DNA of 64,000 bases from an uncultured virus (IMG/VR IMGVR_UViG_3300028422_001054) (lineage: Duplodnaviria; Heunggongvirae; Uroviricota; Caudoviricetes): IMG/VR virus record IMGVR_UViG_3300028422_001054; one strand, 5' to 3'. The position numbers and the translations under genes were made by a program. Of the stretch, positions 29,473 to 39,340 are shown piece by piece. Numbering within the stretch: position 1 is the stretch's first letter; each line of letters starts with the position of its first letter. The notes beneath the pieces were generated by a model that did not search any database, was not told the origin of the DNA, and was given only the letters and a program-made list of their open reading frames with translations.

Positions 29473-31665
29473 ATGGGTTTTAAAGAAGGAACTAATGGCT
29501 CTAGCGGAAGTAGTGCCTGGGGGAATATTACAGGGATACTATCTAATCAATTAGATTTAGATACAAGATTTAAACTAACAGAAGAACAATGGAGATATTA
29601 TGAAATTTTTGAAAGCACATCAACAAACACAGGTACACTTACAATCCCTACAGAATCCCAAATTCTTCTCGGAAGATACCCTTCAGGAGTCTCAGCAATT
29701 TGTGTTACCCTTGATGGAAATGGAAGACCGCTTGACGAAATCGCTCGGGAAGCAGATCTTACGCCTGTTACGGTTTCGTTGGATATATCCGGTAATTTTG
29801 TTTTGTCAGGTACTCCAGTGCCTACTCCTGTTGGTATTGTATATGAAATAAGAATACAGCATCAATTCTCGAATAACGTTCCTGAATCAAGTATTTTAAA
29901 TTCTTGGAGCATATCTGACTCCGACCACATAACTTCAGTTGATAGTATTCTTCCTTATGGTGCTAATTTAACTCAAGTAGTTCAGACAATTCAAGAAAAT
30001 AATCCGGGGATTCTTTTCGATTCATTGTTAGCTCCTCCAGCATTTGAAGAGGGTAAGTTGTTTTATGATGGAATTGATAAATCCTTTAATTACTATGCTG
30101 AGATTACAGGTGTCCGACCTACTCGTATAGGACGTACTTTAAGGAGTAGGATATATAATGATGAACCTGACACTTTAGTAAAAGGAACAGTTATAAAGAT
30201 TTCAGGAGTTGCGAATGGAGCTCCTAAAGTAAAAAGAGCTCAAGCCAATTCAATAAATGATGTTAAATCTACGATAGGAATGGTAATGGCTGATATTTTA
30301 CCTGGAGAGATTGGGTACTCAGCGGTGTTTGATGTTATTTTTGGTGTTGATACTTCATCAGCTCTTTTGAATGACTTAGTGTATCTTTCTCCAGATACAC
30401 CAGGAGGGTTTACATTTGAAGAGCCTAAAAGTCCTTACTATTCACTGCCTTTTGGTTTTGTATCATTCGTTGATAATGTAAATGGTGTAATTAGCGTTAG
30501 ATTTGGTGGTTATTCAGGAACGGATACTTCTACAAATATTGAAGGATTTTTGAATGGTACTATAACACAAACCCCCTCAATAACTGTTCTCGTAAGTGGA
30601 GGAATAATTTATGCTGATATAGCGAATGAACATTTCCCAACCAAAAATTTACCTTTGTTGTTTGATGGGAAGCGTTATGATTTAGATGTAACGAATGGTT
30701 CAGGAGTTAACGGAGCCTATAGAGTTATTATTCCTCCAGGAGCATCTTCTACACAGAAGCAAAGGTCTCTTATCTACGTATATTTAAATAACGGGGTTCC
30801 TGCGATTGGAGTTTCTTCTACAGAACCAGTAATACCTTTTATAGAAATTGCTTATATTACAGTTTTTGATGCAGCTAGAACTTTATCAGATGGTAGAGCT
30901 TTTGGTGTAAGAAGATATAATAATGCTATTGATTTTAAAGATGGAAGTACCGATGGATCTAATGGAGGTTTCGTAGAAACAATCAATACAATAAGGTTCA
31001 AATTAGGAAGCAACTGGCTCTCAGGGCAGACAGGAACGCCAGTTGTTAACGATACTACCATTAGATTGCAACTCTCTTCAGGTAAAGCAGCTCAATTTCG
31101 GAAATCAATAACGCCTATCTTCGATGGTCTAAGTTATATTATATATAACAATTCTAGTAATTTAGCAACATATCAAGTAGTTAATAATTTAACATCGATT
31201 GTAACTTCTGCAAGTGGTGAATCTCTATTAGGAAATAACGTATTCTACACATTACGATGTTTTTATATGCTAAACTCTAAAGGGACTCCTAATAATGTAA
31301 TTGTTACACGTCCTTTATCGTATTATACTACAGCTAATGAAGCCATCCAGGATGCTCAGAACTATTCTACAAGTATTGCAGATACTGATATAGAAGAAAT
31401 CACCTATCCTCTATACGATCTTGTTATAGGTCGTACAGGAGGAGGTGGAACAACTATTTCCTTGATAAAGCTAGTTGATAGACGAACACGATTACCTGGG
31501 GGTACAGGAGGTGGCGTAGGATCTTCTTCTGGAGGAATTTTAACAGCACCTAACTTATCAACTATAGAACGTGATGCCTTAACACCTTCAAATGGAATGA
31601 TAATATATAACACTACTACCTCAGTTTTTAATTTCTTTGAAAATGGTTTGTGGACTACCAAGTAA
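29473..31665 (+). CDS. Putative structural/tail-associated protein
   Basis: WGNITG.LSNQ.DL motif, internal A.A.....IG......G..G...VYLS..PG.F segment, C-terminal T.ERDAL.P.NGMIIYNTT. Confidence 0.65.
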   Translation: MGFKEGTNGSSGSSAWGNITGILSNQLDLDTRFKLTEEQWRYYEIFESTSTNTGTLTIPTESQILLGRYPSGVSAICVTLDGNGRPLDEIAREADLTPVTVSLDISGNFVLSGTPVPTPVGIVYEIRIQHQFSNNVPESSILNSWSISDSDHITSVDSILPYGANLTQVVQTIQENNPGILFDSLLAPPAFEEGKLFYDGIDKSFNYYAEITGVRPTRIGRTLRSRIYNDEPDTLVKGTVIKISGVANGAPKVKRAQANSINDVKSTIGMVMADILPGEIGYSAVFDVIFGVDTSSALLNDLVYLSPDTPGGFTFEEPKSPYYSLPFGFVSFVDNVNGVISVRFGGYSGTDTSTNIEGFLNGTITQTPSITVLVSGGIIYADIANEHFPTKNLPLLFDGKRYDLDVTNGSGVNGAYRVIIPPGASSTQKQRSLIYVYLNNGVPAIGVSSTEPVIPFIEIAYITVFDAARTLSDGRAFGVRRYNNAIDFKDGSTDGSNGGFVETINTIRFKLGSNWLSGQTGTPVVNDTTIRLQLSSGKAAQFRKSITPIFDGLSYIIYNNSSNLATYQVVNNLTSIVTSASGESLLGNNVFYTLRCFYMLNSKGTPNNVIVTRPLSYYTTANEAIQDAQNYSTSIADTDIEEITYPLYDLVIGRTGGGGTTISLIKLVDRRTRLPGGTGGGVGSSSGGILTAPNLSTIERDALTPSNGMIIYNTTTSVFNFFENGLWTTK

Positions 31666-31684
31666 TGCTTTTTACTATTAAAGT

Positions 31685-32212
31685 ATGACTAGAGATAAAG
31701 AAGATTTTGATATATATGCAGTAGATGATGGAATTGTTTGTTTAGTTTTGACTTCATCTTCACCGTATGGAAATAGAATTTACATACAGCACGATAATTT
31801 AAGTGGGGTTATTATGTATGCTCATTTAGATAAGATGTTTGTAAAACCAGGAAGTGAAGTTGTGGCAGGCCAATGTATTGGTAAGATGGGAACTACGGGG
31901 TTTACTTTAAATACTGGTAAACCTACTCCTCATCTGCATATTAGCTATTTTTCAGCTACTGCTAAAGAGTGGACAGCTTCCTATGCTACGGATCCTACTT
32001 TTATTATTCAGTTAGGTAAGTATTATCCATGCAATACTAAAGTTTCAAATCCTTTCAAATCTAAGTTTTTTAATCCGAAATCAAGTGTTGCATATCATGA
32101 GGGTATAGATTTCAGTGGAACCCAGTTTATTGATAATTGGAAAAATATTCAAATAGATCCTTTGTTTCAAGATTATATGTTAAAAGAAGATTACCCGGAG
32201 AAGTTTGTATGA
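31685..32212 (+). CDS. Endolysin, M23 peptidase (circularly permuted motif order)
   Basis: YAV.DG.V, YGN.I.I.H, YAHL, G..G.TG, PHLH; HEGIDF lies C-terminal. Confidence 0.85.
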   Translation: MTRDKEDFDIYAVDDGIVCLVLTSSSPYGNRIYIQHDNLSGVIMYAHLDKMFVKPGSEVVAGQCIGKMGTTGFTLNTGKPTPHLHISYFSATAKEWTASYATDPTFIIQLGKYYPCNTKVSNPFKSKFFNPKSSVAYHEGIDFSGTQFIDNWKNIQIDPLFQDYMLKEDYPEKFV

Positions 32213-32436
32213 CAAAACTAATAAACAAATTAACAGAGTTTACTAATAGTATTCTTTCCCCTAATGGAGACCTTTCAGCAAAACGTTTTTGGGGTGGGGT
32301 CATAATAGCCAATTGTGTTGTTTTATCTTGGATAACTCCGGAGAATAAAGATCTAATATTAGGTATGTTGGCATACGGATCTCTTCTGTTAGGTGCAGGG
32401 ATTATTGAAAAGTTCAAAGATAAGAAAAGTGTCTAG
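32209..32436 (+). CDS. Holin candidate
   Basis: ATG overlaps endolysin stop (ATGA); G.LS.KR motif, two TM helices, basic tail. Confidence 0.7.
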   Translation: MTKLINKLTEFTNSILSPNGDLSAKRFWGGVIIANCVVLSWITPENKDLILGMLAYGSLLLGAGIIEKFKDKKSV

Positions 32437-32794
32437 TGCGAAAGTTTATTTCATCCTTATTGGTATTATTGTTGCTCTTTCAGTCTGGATATTCTTTCTC
32501 TATAGAAGTCTTGACACCGTTAGAGATTCAGCAGCAGAACGAATTGACAGCATTGAACAACAAAATAATAGAACAAACGAAGCTTATAACGCTTTATCAA
32601 GAAGCATTGACCTCATTGAGAAAAATAATACTAAGCTTAGAGACTTACTCGACAAATCGGAGTCAACTGTCAGGTCTCTCGAGGAGTCTAACGCAAGAAG
32701 AGAAAAACTTGATAGCGTCACTTCAAGCATCACTGCAAGAGAACAGGGCGAGCTTAGACGAGCAGACGAGATACTTAAATCAGTTGGTTTCTGA
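32429..32794 (+). CDS. i-spanin-like protein
   Basis: GTG start inferred at 32429; N-terminal TM helix then coiled coil; in lysis cassette. Confidence 0.65.
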   Translation: MSSAKVYFILIGIIVALSVWIFFLYRSLDTVRDSAAERIDSIEQQNNRTNEAYNALSRSIDLIEKNNTKLRDLLDKSESTVRSLEESNARREKLDSVTSSITAREQGELRRADEILKSVGF

Positions 32795-32963
32795 CAAAGA
32801 ATTGTTAGAACAGGAAATAGAGAATACTAAAGCATTAGTTTATAGTCTTAATAACGATATTACTCGTGTAGAGGAAGAATTATCCTTTTCAAAAATTTTT
32901 AATTGGGTTGTCGGTATCCTTAGTCTAGCTCTTGGAGCTTTTTTAGGGTATACTTTTCTCTAG
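32436..32963 (+). CDS. Second spanin-like protein overlapping in another frame
   Basis: GTG overlaps holin TAG; signal-peptide-like N-terminus, coiled coil, C-terminal TM helix; no Cys. Confidence 0.6.
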   Translation: MRKFISSLLVLLLLFQSGYSFSIEVLTPLEIQQQNELTALNNKIIEQTKLITLYQEALTSLRKIILSLETYSTNRSQLSGLSRSLTQEEKNLIASLQASLQENRASLDEQTRYLNQLVSDKELLEQEIENTKALVYSLNNDITRVEEELSFSKIFNWVVGILSLALGAFLGYTFL

Positions 32964-32971
32964 AGGATTAT

Positions 32972-33235
32972 ATGGCAAGATTACAAATAATGGTTGAACT
33001 AAAGAATGGGGATAAGATTACTATGAAAAATGAATCTAATTATCTTACTCGTAAAAAAGCTTTACAAGCAATACCGGATTTAAGATTATTAGTATATCGT
33101 TTATTTAAAATTACTAAATCAGGGGATACTTTTAAATCCACAGATCCTGATTACGATTCTTTAATATCATATCAAGATAGACAATTTTTTGCTGAAGATA
33201 TTAAAGATATTAAGTTTAAAGCTTTAAGGTTTTAG
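32972..33235 (+). CDS. Hypothetical protein
   Basis: GAGGA RBS. Confidence 0.6.
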   Translation: MARLQIMVELKNGDKITMKNESNYLTRKKALQAIPDLRLLVYRLFKITKSGDTFKSTDPDYDSLISYQDRQFFAEDIKDIKFKALRF

Positions 33236-33244
33236 TTTTTAATA

Positions 33245-33273
33245 TTGACTAAGTATTCTCCTTATTCTATTAT
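33245..33273 (+). promoter_or_regulatory. Sigma70-type promoter of the ligase gene
   Basis: TTGACT-N17-TATTAT. Confidence 0.7.
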
Positions 33274-33291
33274 ACAAAATAAGGAGTTAAG

Positions 33292-35121
33292 ATGACTGAA
33301 AAAGAATACATCGAGAAATTAAGTAAAGCTGCTATAGCTTACTACAATACAGATTCACCTATATTAAGTGACCAAGAGTTTGATAAATTAGAGGAGGAGT
33401 TTTCTAAAGCTTTCCCTGAGTCAAAGTACTTATCGCTTATAGGAGCCCCTGTATCTACAAGAAAAATAAAACATAAAAACAAGATGCTATCGTTATTTAA
33501 AGCTAAGACATTTAACGATATGATGAAATGGTATAAGAAAACAAGTGTGTTGTCTAAGTCTAATTATGTAGTATCCTATAAACTAGATGGATTAAGTGCA
33601 AAGCTTACTTATGAAAATGGGGTATTAACTACTCTAAATACACGAGGTAATGGGATATTTGGTCAAGACAGATCATATCTTATACCTTATCTTGATATTC
33701 CTAAAACAATTGAAACTGCTACAGACTATGAAGAAATTACAGGGGAACTTATACTTCCTAAGTCCAATGGAAAGTATACTGAGAAACTTCGTAACAGAGC
33801 GTCAGGAATCCTCGGGAGCGAAAAGGATTTGACAGATGTACCTTTACTACAGTTTATAGCATTCGACTGTCCTACGAGCGATTTTGGAGAAATGGTTGAG
33901 GTTTTTGATTACCTTTCTTCTCAAGGGTTTTCTACAGCATTTTATGGGGTAGCTGATAATATGGTTGTTGTTAATACTCTTTACGAAGCGTATAGCTCTT
34001 CCGGTAGGCAAGATTATGCGTATGAGACGGATGGGCTTGTTATTATGATAAACAACCGAATTGATCACGATACCTTGAATAATACTTGGGTTGTAGATAA
34101 GTATCCCCATACTGCTATTGCTTGGAAACCTGAAGCTGAATCAGAGGAAACAACCTTACTAGATTTGGAATACAATCTTTCCCCTTATGGTAGGTTAATC
34201 CCTAAAGCTATTTTTGAAAAGATTAGTATTAACGGTATTGACATTGAGAAAGCTACTTTAGATAATGCACAAAATGTTTTAGACCAGAACCTTTTAATTG
34301 GGGATACTATAAAAGTTTCAAGGGCTAATGATGTGATTCCTCATGTAGATGAGAACTTGTCTCTTGATTCTACTAGACCAATATATTTACCTACAGAATG
34401 TCCCTCATGTGGAGAAGTCTTAATTTTCGATGGGTCTCATTTAGTTTGTAAGAATACAAATTCTTGTCCTGGACAACATCTAGGTAAGATTGTTAACTTT
34501 GTAAAACATCTAAACCCTGATGGTATGGGAGATAAAACCGTTATTGCACTATTTGAAGCAGGTATAATTTCATCAATATATGACTTACTGATTTTAGAAA
34601 GATCAGATTTAGTTGGGGCGGATGGGTTCAAAGAAGCAAAAATTGCTGCAACGATAGGAGCAATAGAATCTATGAGAAATATTACTTTCCCAGAGTTTCT
34701 AGATGCTTTGTCAATTCCTTTAGTAGGATTAACAGCTTTGGATAATTTAGGGATTAAAACATATGACGATTTTAAAGCTTTCAATGATAAGCAGTATGTA
34801 ATAGGTCAAAACTTAATTACATGGCGAGAAAATAACGTAGACTTGGTGGAAAGTCTTATTCCTTTAATAACGTTTAAAGCACCTTTGACAAAGCAAAGTA
34901 AAGGATCTGTTGTTATGACAGGAACAGGGCCTAAACCACGAAAAGATTTAGAAGCTTTAGCTTTTGAGAAAGGGTATGTGTTAGATAGTGCTGTTAAAAA
35001 AACTACAACGTATCTTATAACTGATGATATTTACAGCGATTCATCGAAATGTGCGAAAGCTAGAAAATATGGAGTTAAGCTTATTACTTATGAGGAATTC
35101 CTATGCACAGAGTTTATTTAG
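33292..35121 (+). CDS. ligA: NAD-dependent DNA ligase
   Basis: YY......SD.EFD.L, MLSL, KLDG, TRGNG..G.D, DGLV, AWK, CPSC..C....C, HhH, C-terminal BRCT. Confidence 0.95.
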   Translation: MTEKEYIEKLSKAAIAYYNTDSPILSDQEFDKLEEEFSKAFPESKYLSLIGAPVSTRKIKHKNKMLSLFKAKTFNDMMKWYKKTSVLSKSNYVVSYKLDGLSAKLTYENGVLTTLNTRGNGIFGQDRSYLIPYLDIPKTIETATDYEEITGELILPKSNGKYTEKLRNRASGILGSEKDLTDVPLLQFIAFDCPTSDFGEMVEVFDYLSSQGFSTAFYGVADNMVVVNTLYEAYSSSGRQDYAYETDGLVIMINNRIDHDTLNNTWVVDKYPHTAIAWKPEAESEETTLLDLEYNLSPYGRLIPKAIFEKISINGIDIEKATLDNAQNVLDQNLLIGDTIKVSRANDVIPHVDENLSLDSTRPIYLPTECPSCGEVLIFDGSHLVCKNTNSCPGQHLGKIVNFVKHLNPDGMGDKTVIALFEAGIISSIYDLLILERSDLVGADGFKEAKIAATIGAIESMRNITFPEFLDALSIPLVGLTALDNLGIKTYDDFKAFNDKQYVIGQNLITWRENNVDLVESLIPLITFKAPLTKQSKGSVVMTGTGPKPRKDLEALAFEKGYVLDSAVKKTTTYLITDDIYSDSSKCAKARKYGVKLITYEEFLCTEFI

Positions 35122-35315
35122 GTTTAGAAATGTTAGACTCTGAATTTGGTCGAGATACTATAGATCGAGATTTAAGAAGACGTCTTCTTAGTGAAGGTTA
35201 CAGTATTGAAACAAGTACAGATTACTATTTCAGAGTCGTAAGATTTTATGCAGTTAAACCTCTAGATTAGAAAGCTCCCTCCGTGCTATAGTCTTTATAT
35301 CACGGAGGATTATAC

Positions 35316-35921
35316 ATGAAAGCAATTTTAGTAGTTGGGTTAAAAGGTTCTGGAAAAGATACTTTTGCCCAACCATTTTTAGAAAATGGATATAAGCTAG
35401 GGAAGTTTGCAAACTTACTTAAAGAAGCAACTAGCTTATTAGCAGGATATCCTAAAGGTTTCTGGGAAACTGATGCGAAAAACTATCCGGATCGAAATGG
35501 GTTATCGCCCAGGGAGTTTATTACTACCATTTCAGAATCTTTAAAAAAGAAGTATGGTAGGGGTATAATAACGAAGCTTACACTCCCTTCTATAATATCA
35601 TCAGCAGGTGATTCTCCCCTCATATTTACAGATGCTAGATTTCCAGTAGATGAAGTAATACCTGTTATAGAACATTTTGGGAGAGAAAATGTATTTATAT
35701 TCAAAATTCATCGTTCAGAAGTTGCAAGAAAAGGTCTAATTCATAATCTTAAAAGATTTTTAGCTAAGAAAGGTTTCTCTTTTAAAGATTCCGCCTATAG
35801 TCCTACGGAAGTATTTATCGATGATATTAAACCGGATGTTGTAATATTTAATGATTTTACACTTGACCATTTGCACGATGTTGCAGAGTCTTATATATAC
35901 CATTTTAAAGAAGATAAATGA
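35316..35921 (+). CDS. Deoxynucleoside monophosphate kinase
   Basis: GLKGSGKDT, FA..LK, PRE, TDARF..E. Confidence 0.85.
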   Translation: MKAILVVGLKGSGKDTFAQPFLENGYKLGKFANLLKEATSLLAGYPKGFWETDAKNYPDRNGLSPREFITTISESLKKKYGRGIITKLTLPSIISSAGDSPLIFTDARFPVDEVIPVIEHFGRENVFIFKIHRSEVARKGLIHNLKRFLAKKGFSFKDSAYSPTEVFIDDIKPDVVIFNDFTLDHLHDVAESYIYHFKEDK

Positions 35922-36127
35922 CTAAATTAAGTTGTATCCCAAGAGGAAACTCTCCTGAGGTTATGGATATTTTATCTTCTGAGGAATCTATTGAACAAAA
36001 AGCAAAGATGATACTAGATTTTAATCATCAACAAGATTGGATAATAAGTAGTCATCATCCTGCTTATAGGTTATCTAAGCAAGTATCATATAGTGATTTA
36101 CTTAAGTTACTGAAGGATATGTCATGA
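35918..36127 (+). CDS. Hypothetical protein
   Basis: ATGA-coupled at both ends. Confidence 0.6.
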   Translation: MTKLSCIPRGNSPEVMDILSSEESIEQKAKMILDFNHQQDWIISSHHPAYRLSKQVSYSDLLKLLKDMS

Positions 36128-36660
36128 TTAATGTTTTAGATATTTATTTTTTATTCGCAGGAATCATTCTTTTAAGCAATTCCATTTCTCATCGAAAAGG
36201 TAGGGTTATTATAGAATCTTTTTTATGGCCTGTTTATATATTTGGCCTAGTTGCTTTGATAGGGTTGATGGTTGATGTATTTTTTATTTTATTATTAGTT
36301 AATAAAAAATACAAAAGATACTCGATCATTTCGGTAGATTTTGATAATACTTTATTTAGTAATTGCTATAAGAACTTGAATACAACTCCTACGATTTTGA
36401 ACTTAATTATTTTAGATTTGATGAAGTTTTTAAAAAAACGGGGGCATCAGATTGTATTAAATACTCTCCGAACAGGCGATAAATTGACAGAGGCTGTTAC
36501 TTGGTCTAATCAGAGAGGTCTTTATTTTACAGAAGTAAATAATAATGTAGCGTATGCTCGTAATCTTTGGGAGATAGACTCTAGGAAAATTGCTGCAGAT
36601 GTTTATATAGACGATCGAGGTACTGGTTTGTTAAATTTATTATTGAGGATGGGTTTTTGA
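36124..36660 (+). CDS. HAD-family phosphatase with N-terminal TM segments
   Basis: VDFDNTL, L.T.R, RK..ADVYIDDR. Confidence 0.8.
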   Translation: MINVLDIYFLFAGIILLSNSISHRKGRVIIESFLWPVYIFGLVALIGLMVDVFFILLLVNKKYKRYSIISVDFDNTLFSNCYKNLNTTPTILNLIILDLMKFLKKRGHQIVLNTLRTGDKLTEAVTWSNQRGLYFTEVNNNVAYARNLWEIDSRKIAADVYIDDRGTGLLNLLLRMGF

Positions 36661-37226
36661 ATACAATACGACGCCTTAAGAAAAGCTCGGTAGCTGAAAA
36701 AATGGATTTCTACCAAACACATTATACTATGGTTTTAGCATTAAAGCACTTCATGTTAAACATCCTAGGAATCTCCGAGCATAGTAGCTGTTTGGACCCA
36801 TGTGCAGGAAAAGGAGCTATCTGGAAAAACTTAATAGATACTTTCTATAATATATCCTACTTCGATAGATTTCTAATGAGACGATGTAGGAGCTTTTATC
36901 TTCATAGTAAAGCGTATGACTGTATTATTATGAACCCTCCCTATAAAAAGCAAAAATATAAGTTTATCAAAAAAGCTAGAAAGCAAGCTACTTGGGTTTT
37001 CGCACTACTGCCTTACAACGTTGCTAACTACAATGATTTCCATAGAGAGTACATGGATATCCCTGAGTTTGTAGGGAAGCTTGTTATGACCCCGAAAATG
37101 TTTTTAACAGAAGATGGTTCTTTTTTACCAGGAGGTACTAATAGTTATGTTTGGTTTATTTGGAAACAAGGTCATTCTACTATTGGTAGTCAAGAATGGT
37201 ACGATGATTTAAGGAAATACTTATGA
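36657..37226 (+). CDS. DNA amino-methyltransferase (N6-adenine/N4-cytosine)
   Basis: DFYQT, LDPCAGKGAI (SAM binding), MNPPY, Y.WFIW. Confidence 0.85.
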   Translation: MNTIRRLKKSSVAEKMDFYQTHYTMVLALKHFMLNILGISEHSSCLDPCAGKGAIWKNLIDTFYNISYFDRFLMRRCRSFYLHSKAYDCIIMNPPYKKQKYKFIKKARKQATWVFALLPYNVANYNDFHREYMDIPEFVGKLVMTPKMFLTEDGSFLPGGTNSYVWFIWKQGHSTIGSQEWYDDLRKYL

Positions 37227-37344
37227 AATATTTTAAGTTTAATCGTAGGATCATAAATCCTTTTTGTAAAGTAATATTTTACCCTCTGTTAAAATTAAGA
37301 GACTTTATATATTCTCTAGTAGAATACTTTTTAGGAGAAGATTA

Positions 37345-37740
37345 ATGAAACCAGTTATAGTCGTGCTTAGAAAAGCTACTCTAGCAAAAGCTAGAAGTTT
37401 TGGATTTGAGGATAGAGCTTCTTTAGATAAAACTTTTCTTATTATAGACTTTGATAGAAAGATTTTAGAATCTACTGATTCTAAGAAAGATTGGTCATCA
37501 GGAGATTATACTCAAATGAATGATGATGCTTTTTTTGCAATACCTATTTTAGCAAATGAAGGAGATTATGTTGTTGAGGTCAATGGTAAGGATTTAACTT
37601 TCTTTACAGTAAAAGATGTAGGGGAGACACACTACACATCAACTACTGGCTTAGACTATAATAAAGACCATTGTATGAGAATAGACCCTTCATCAGCGGA
37701 TATTTTACTATCTAGTTGGAAGACTTTAGGAATAATGTGA
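37345..37740 (+). CDS. Hypothetical protein
   Basis: AGGAG RBS. Confidence 0.65.
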   Translation: MKPVIVVLRKATLAKARSFGFEDRASLDKTFLIIDFDRKILESTDSKKDWSSGDYTQMNDDAFFAIPILANEGDYVVEVNGKDLTFFTVKDVGETHYTSTTGLDYNKDHCMRIDPSSADILLSSWKTLGIM

Positions 37741-37741
37741 T

Positions 37742-38188
37742 ATGATGCAGAGATTATGTAAATTTGATGATTTTAAAATAGTTTTAGACTTTTGGAAGGA
37801 CTTGAGGGAGACCTCTTGTTGTTTAGGAGCTGATATTAGTAAATCCTCTACGGAAGAAGAGGTCCTTATGTATCTATCGGATGTACATACCTGCACATAT
37901 ATTATAGAGGAAGCCAATAACCCTATAGGGGTATACTCTTATTATCAAACAGAGGAAGAAAGTACTCTAGCTTTTATCTTTATTAAAGAAGCTTATAGGA
38001 ATAGAGGGATCGGCACTGGTATTCTAAAAGCATGGAATACTATGAACCATGTTACTGGTAAGGCCAGTTGTGTTTTATCGGTACTTTCGTCTAATCTAAA
38101 GGCTATAAATCTCTACCACAGGCTTTATATTCCTATTCTTGCTATAGTCGATAACAACTATAAAGAAGTAGCCTCTGATTTTGACTAA
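37742..38188 (+). CDS. GNAT acetyltransferase
   Basis: IFI..AYRNRGIGT motif A; N.KA..LY. Confidence 0.85.
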   Translation: MMQRLCKFDDFKIVLDFWKDLRETSCCLGADISKSSTEEEVLMYLSDVHTCTYIIEEANNPIGVYSYYQTEEESTLAFIFIKEAYRNRGIGTGILKAWNTMNHVTGKASCVLSVLSSNLKAINLYHRLYIPILAIVDNNYKEVASDFD

Positions 38189-38253
38189 ATTTATCTTTTT
38201 TATTGACTAACTTTCTGGTAGTTGATAGACTCTCTTTAAATAGGAGATTTAAG

Positions 38254-38586
38254 ATGACTTATACACAAATACGTAATCAGGCAAGAGGTACTCATGTACT
38301 CATGAAAACTCTCTCACCTGTAGATTTAGATTCGTTTGAGCAAGGACTACTAGAACACTTCGAGATAGAAACTCGTGTTTCTAACAATTTTAAAGTTTTG
38401 TACACTGCTGATAGCTCTTCAGATGAACTTATTTTTGAAGTTCCGGAGAAAACAACTCATGCGATAGCTACTTGTTTAGGTTTATATGTATTATTTTTTA
38501 ATTTTAATGATATTCTCCCTAATGCTGAAGAACTAAATAACGCAAAAATCTATGCTGACATTTTTTTAAAGGAGATTTCATTATGA
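38254..38586 (+). CDS. Hypothetical protein
   Basis: ATG 38254 with AGGAG RBS; upstream TTGACT-N17-TAGACT promoter at 38203. Confidence 0.65.
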   Translation: MTYTQIRNQARGTHVLMKTLSPVDLDSFEQGLLEHFEIETRVSNNFKVLYTADSSSDELIFEVPEKTTHAIATCLGLYVLFFNFNDILPNAEELNNAKIYADIFLKEISL

Positions 38587-38813
38587 CCGAAAAAGTATTG
38601 TATGCAGATATTGATGGGTTTAATCAAGATGGGGCTATTCTCCTTATTGGAGGTATGGAGGTAATTTTAACTAAAACTTCTGAAAAAACTTTGGATCTTA
38701 AAATAACTTCGCAAGAAGGTGGTCAACAGGTAGTGATAGTCCCTTCTGACGATAAAAAAGGTTTAAAAGTATCTTTAAATAAATCTCGTCCAAAGTTTGA
38801 GGTGATAAAATGA
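38583..38813 (+). CDS. Hypothetical protein
   Basis: AAGGAG RBS, ATGA coupling. Confidence 0.6.
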   Translation: MTEKVLYADIDGFNQDGAILLIGGMEVILTKTSEKTLDLKITSQEGGQQVVIVPSDDKKGLKVSLNKSRPKFEVIK

Positions 38814-39256
38814 AGTTAGTTATGCTCATTATTAATGATTTTAGCACTAAAATTTTACCTGCTTTATTAAAAATACTTTTAACCACGATTTTACTTATTT
38901 CTTTAAGTAGTCCCTCTATTTGGGTACTTGATGAAGTTTATTCGGGAATACCTGTTCTAAATATCTTTAATTTTGATGGAGAGGTTTCTTTTATAGATAG
39001 GCTCCTTGAGAGTACTCCTGAGCAGGAAAGGACGTATACTAAGTTAGCACTTAAGTGGTTTGAAGTTTCTTTAAGTTCTCCAATTGCTTATATAGCCTGT
39101 GCTTTTTTAGGATTACTGGCTATAGTTTTCGTGCTATCTCCAGGGCTAATTGTTTTAGCAGTTATTCTCTTATTGTTTTTTACTGTCATATCTTTTATAG
39201 GTTATATAGAAAGTTTAAAGTATAGGTTACAGAATCATAATGACGTTTCAAGGTGA
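38810..39256 (+). CDS. Membrane protein
   Basis: Three hydrophobic segments; GAGGTG RBS. Confidence 0.65.
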   Translation: MKLVMLIINDFSTKILPALLKILLTTILLISLSSPSIWVLDEVYSGIPVLNIFNFDGEVSFIDRLLESTPEQERTYTKLALKWFEVSLSSPIAYIACAFLGLLAIVFVLSPGLIVLAVILLLFFTVISFIGYIESLKYRLQNHNDVSR

Positions 39257-39340
39257 TACTGTTTATAGTCTGGTAATATTTGTTCAAAATTAGACTATTG
39301 ACGAGTATAGTAGATCTTTATATACAAAGGAGATTTTAAT

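Noticed and set aside
51..35121. Introns or inteins in nrdD, dnaX-like, primase or ligA
   Set aside because: Proteins are of normal length with contiguous motifs and no intein or LAGLIDADG signatures seen.
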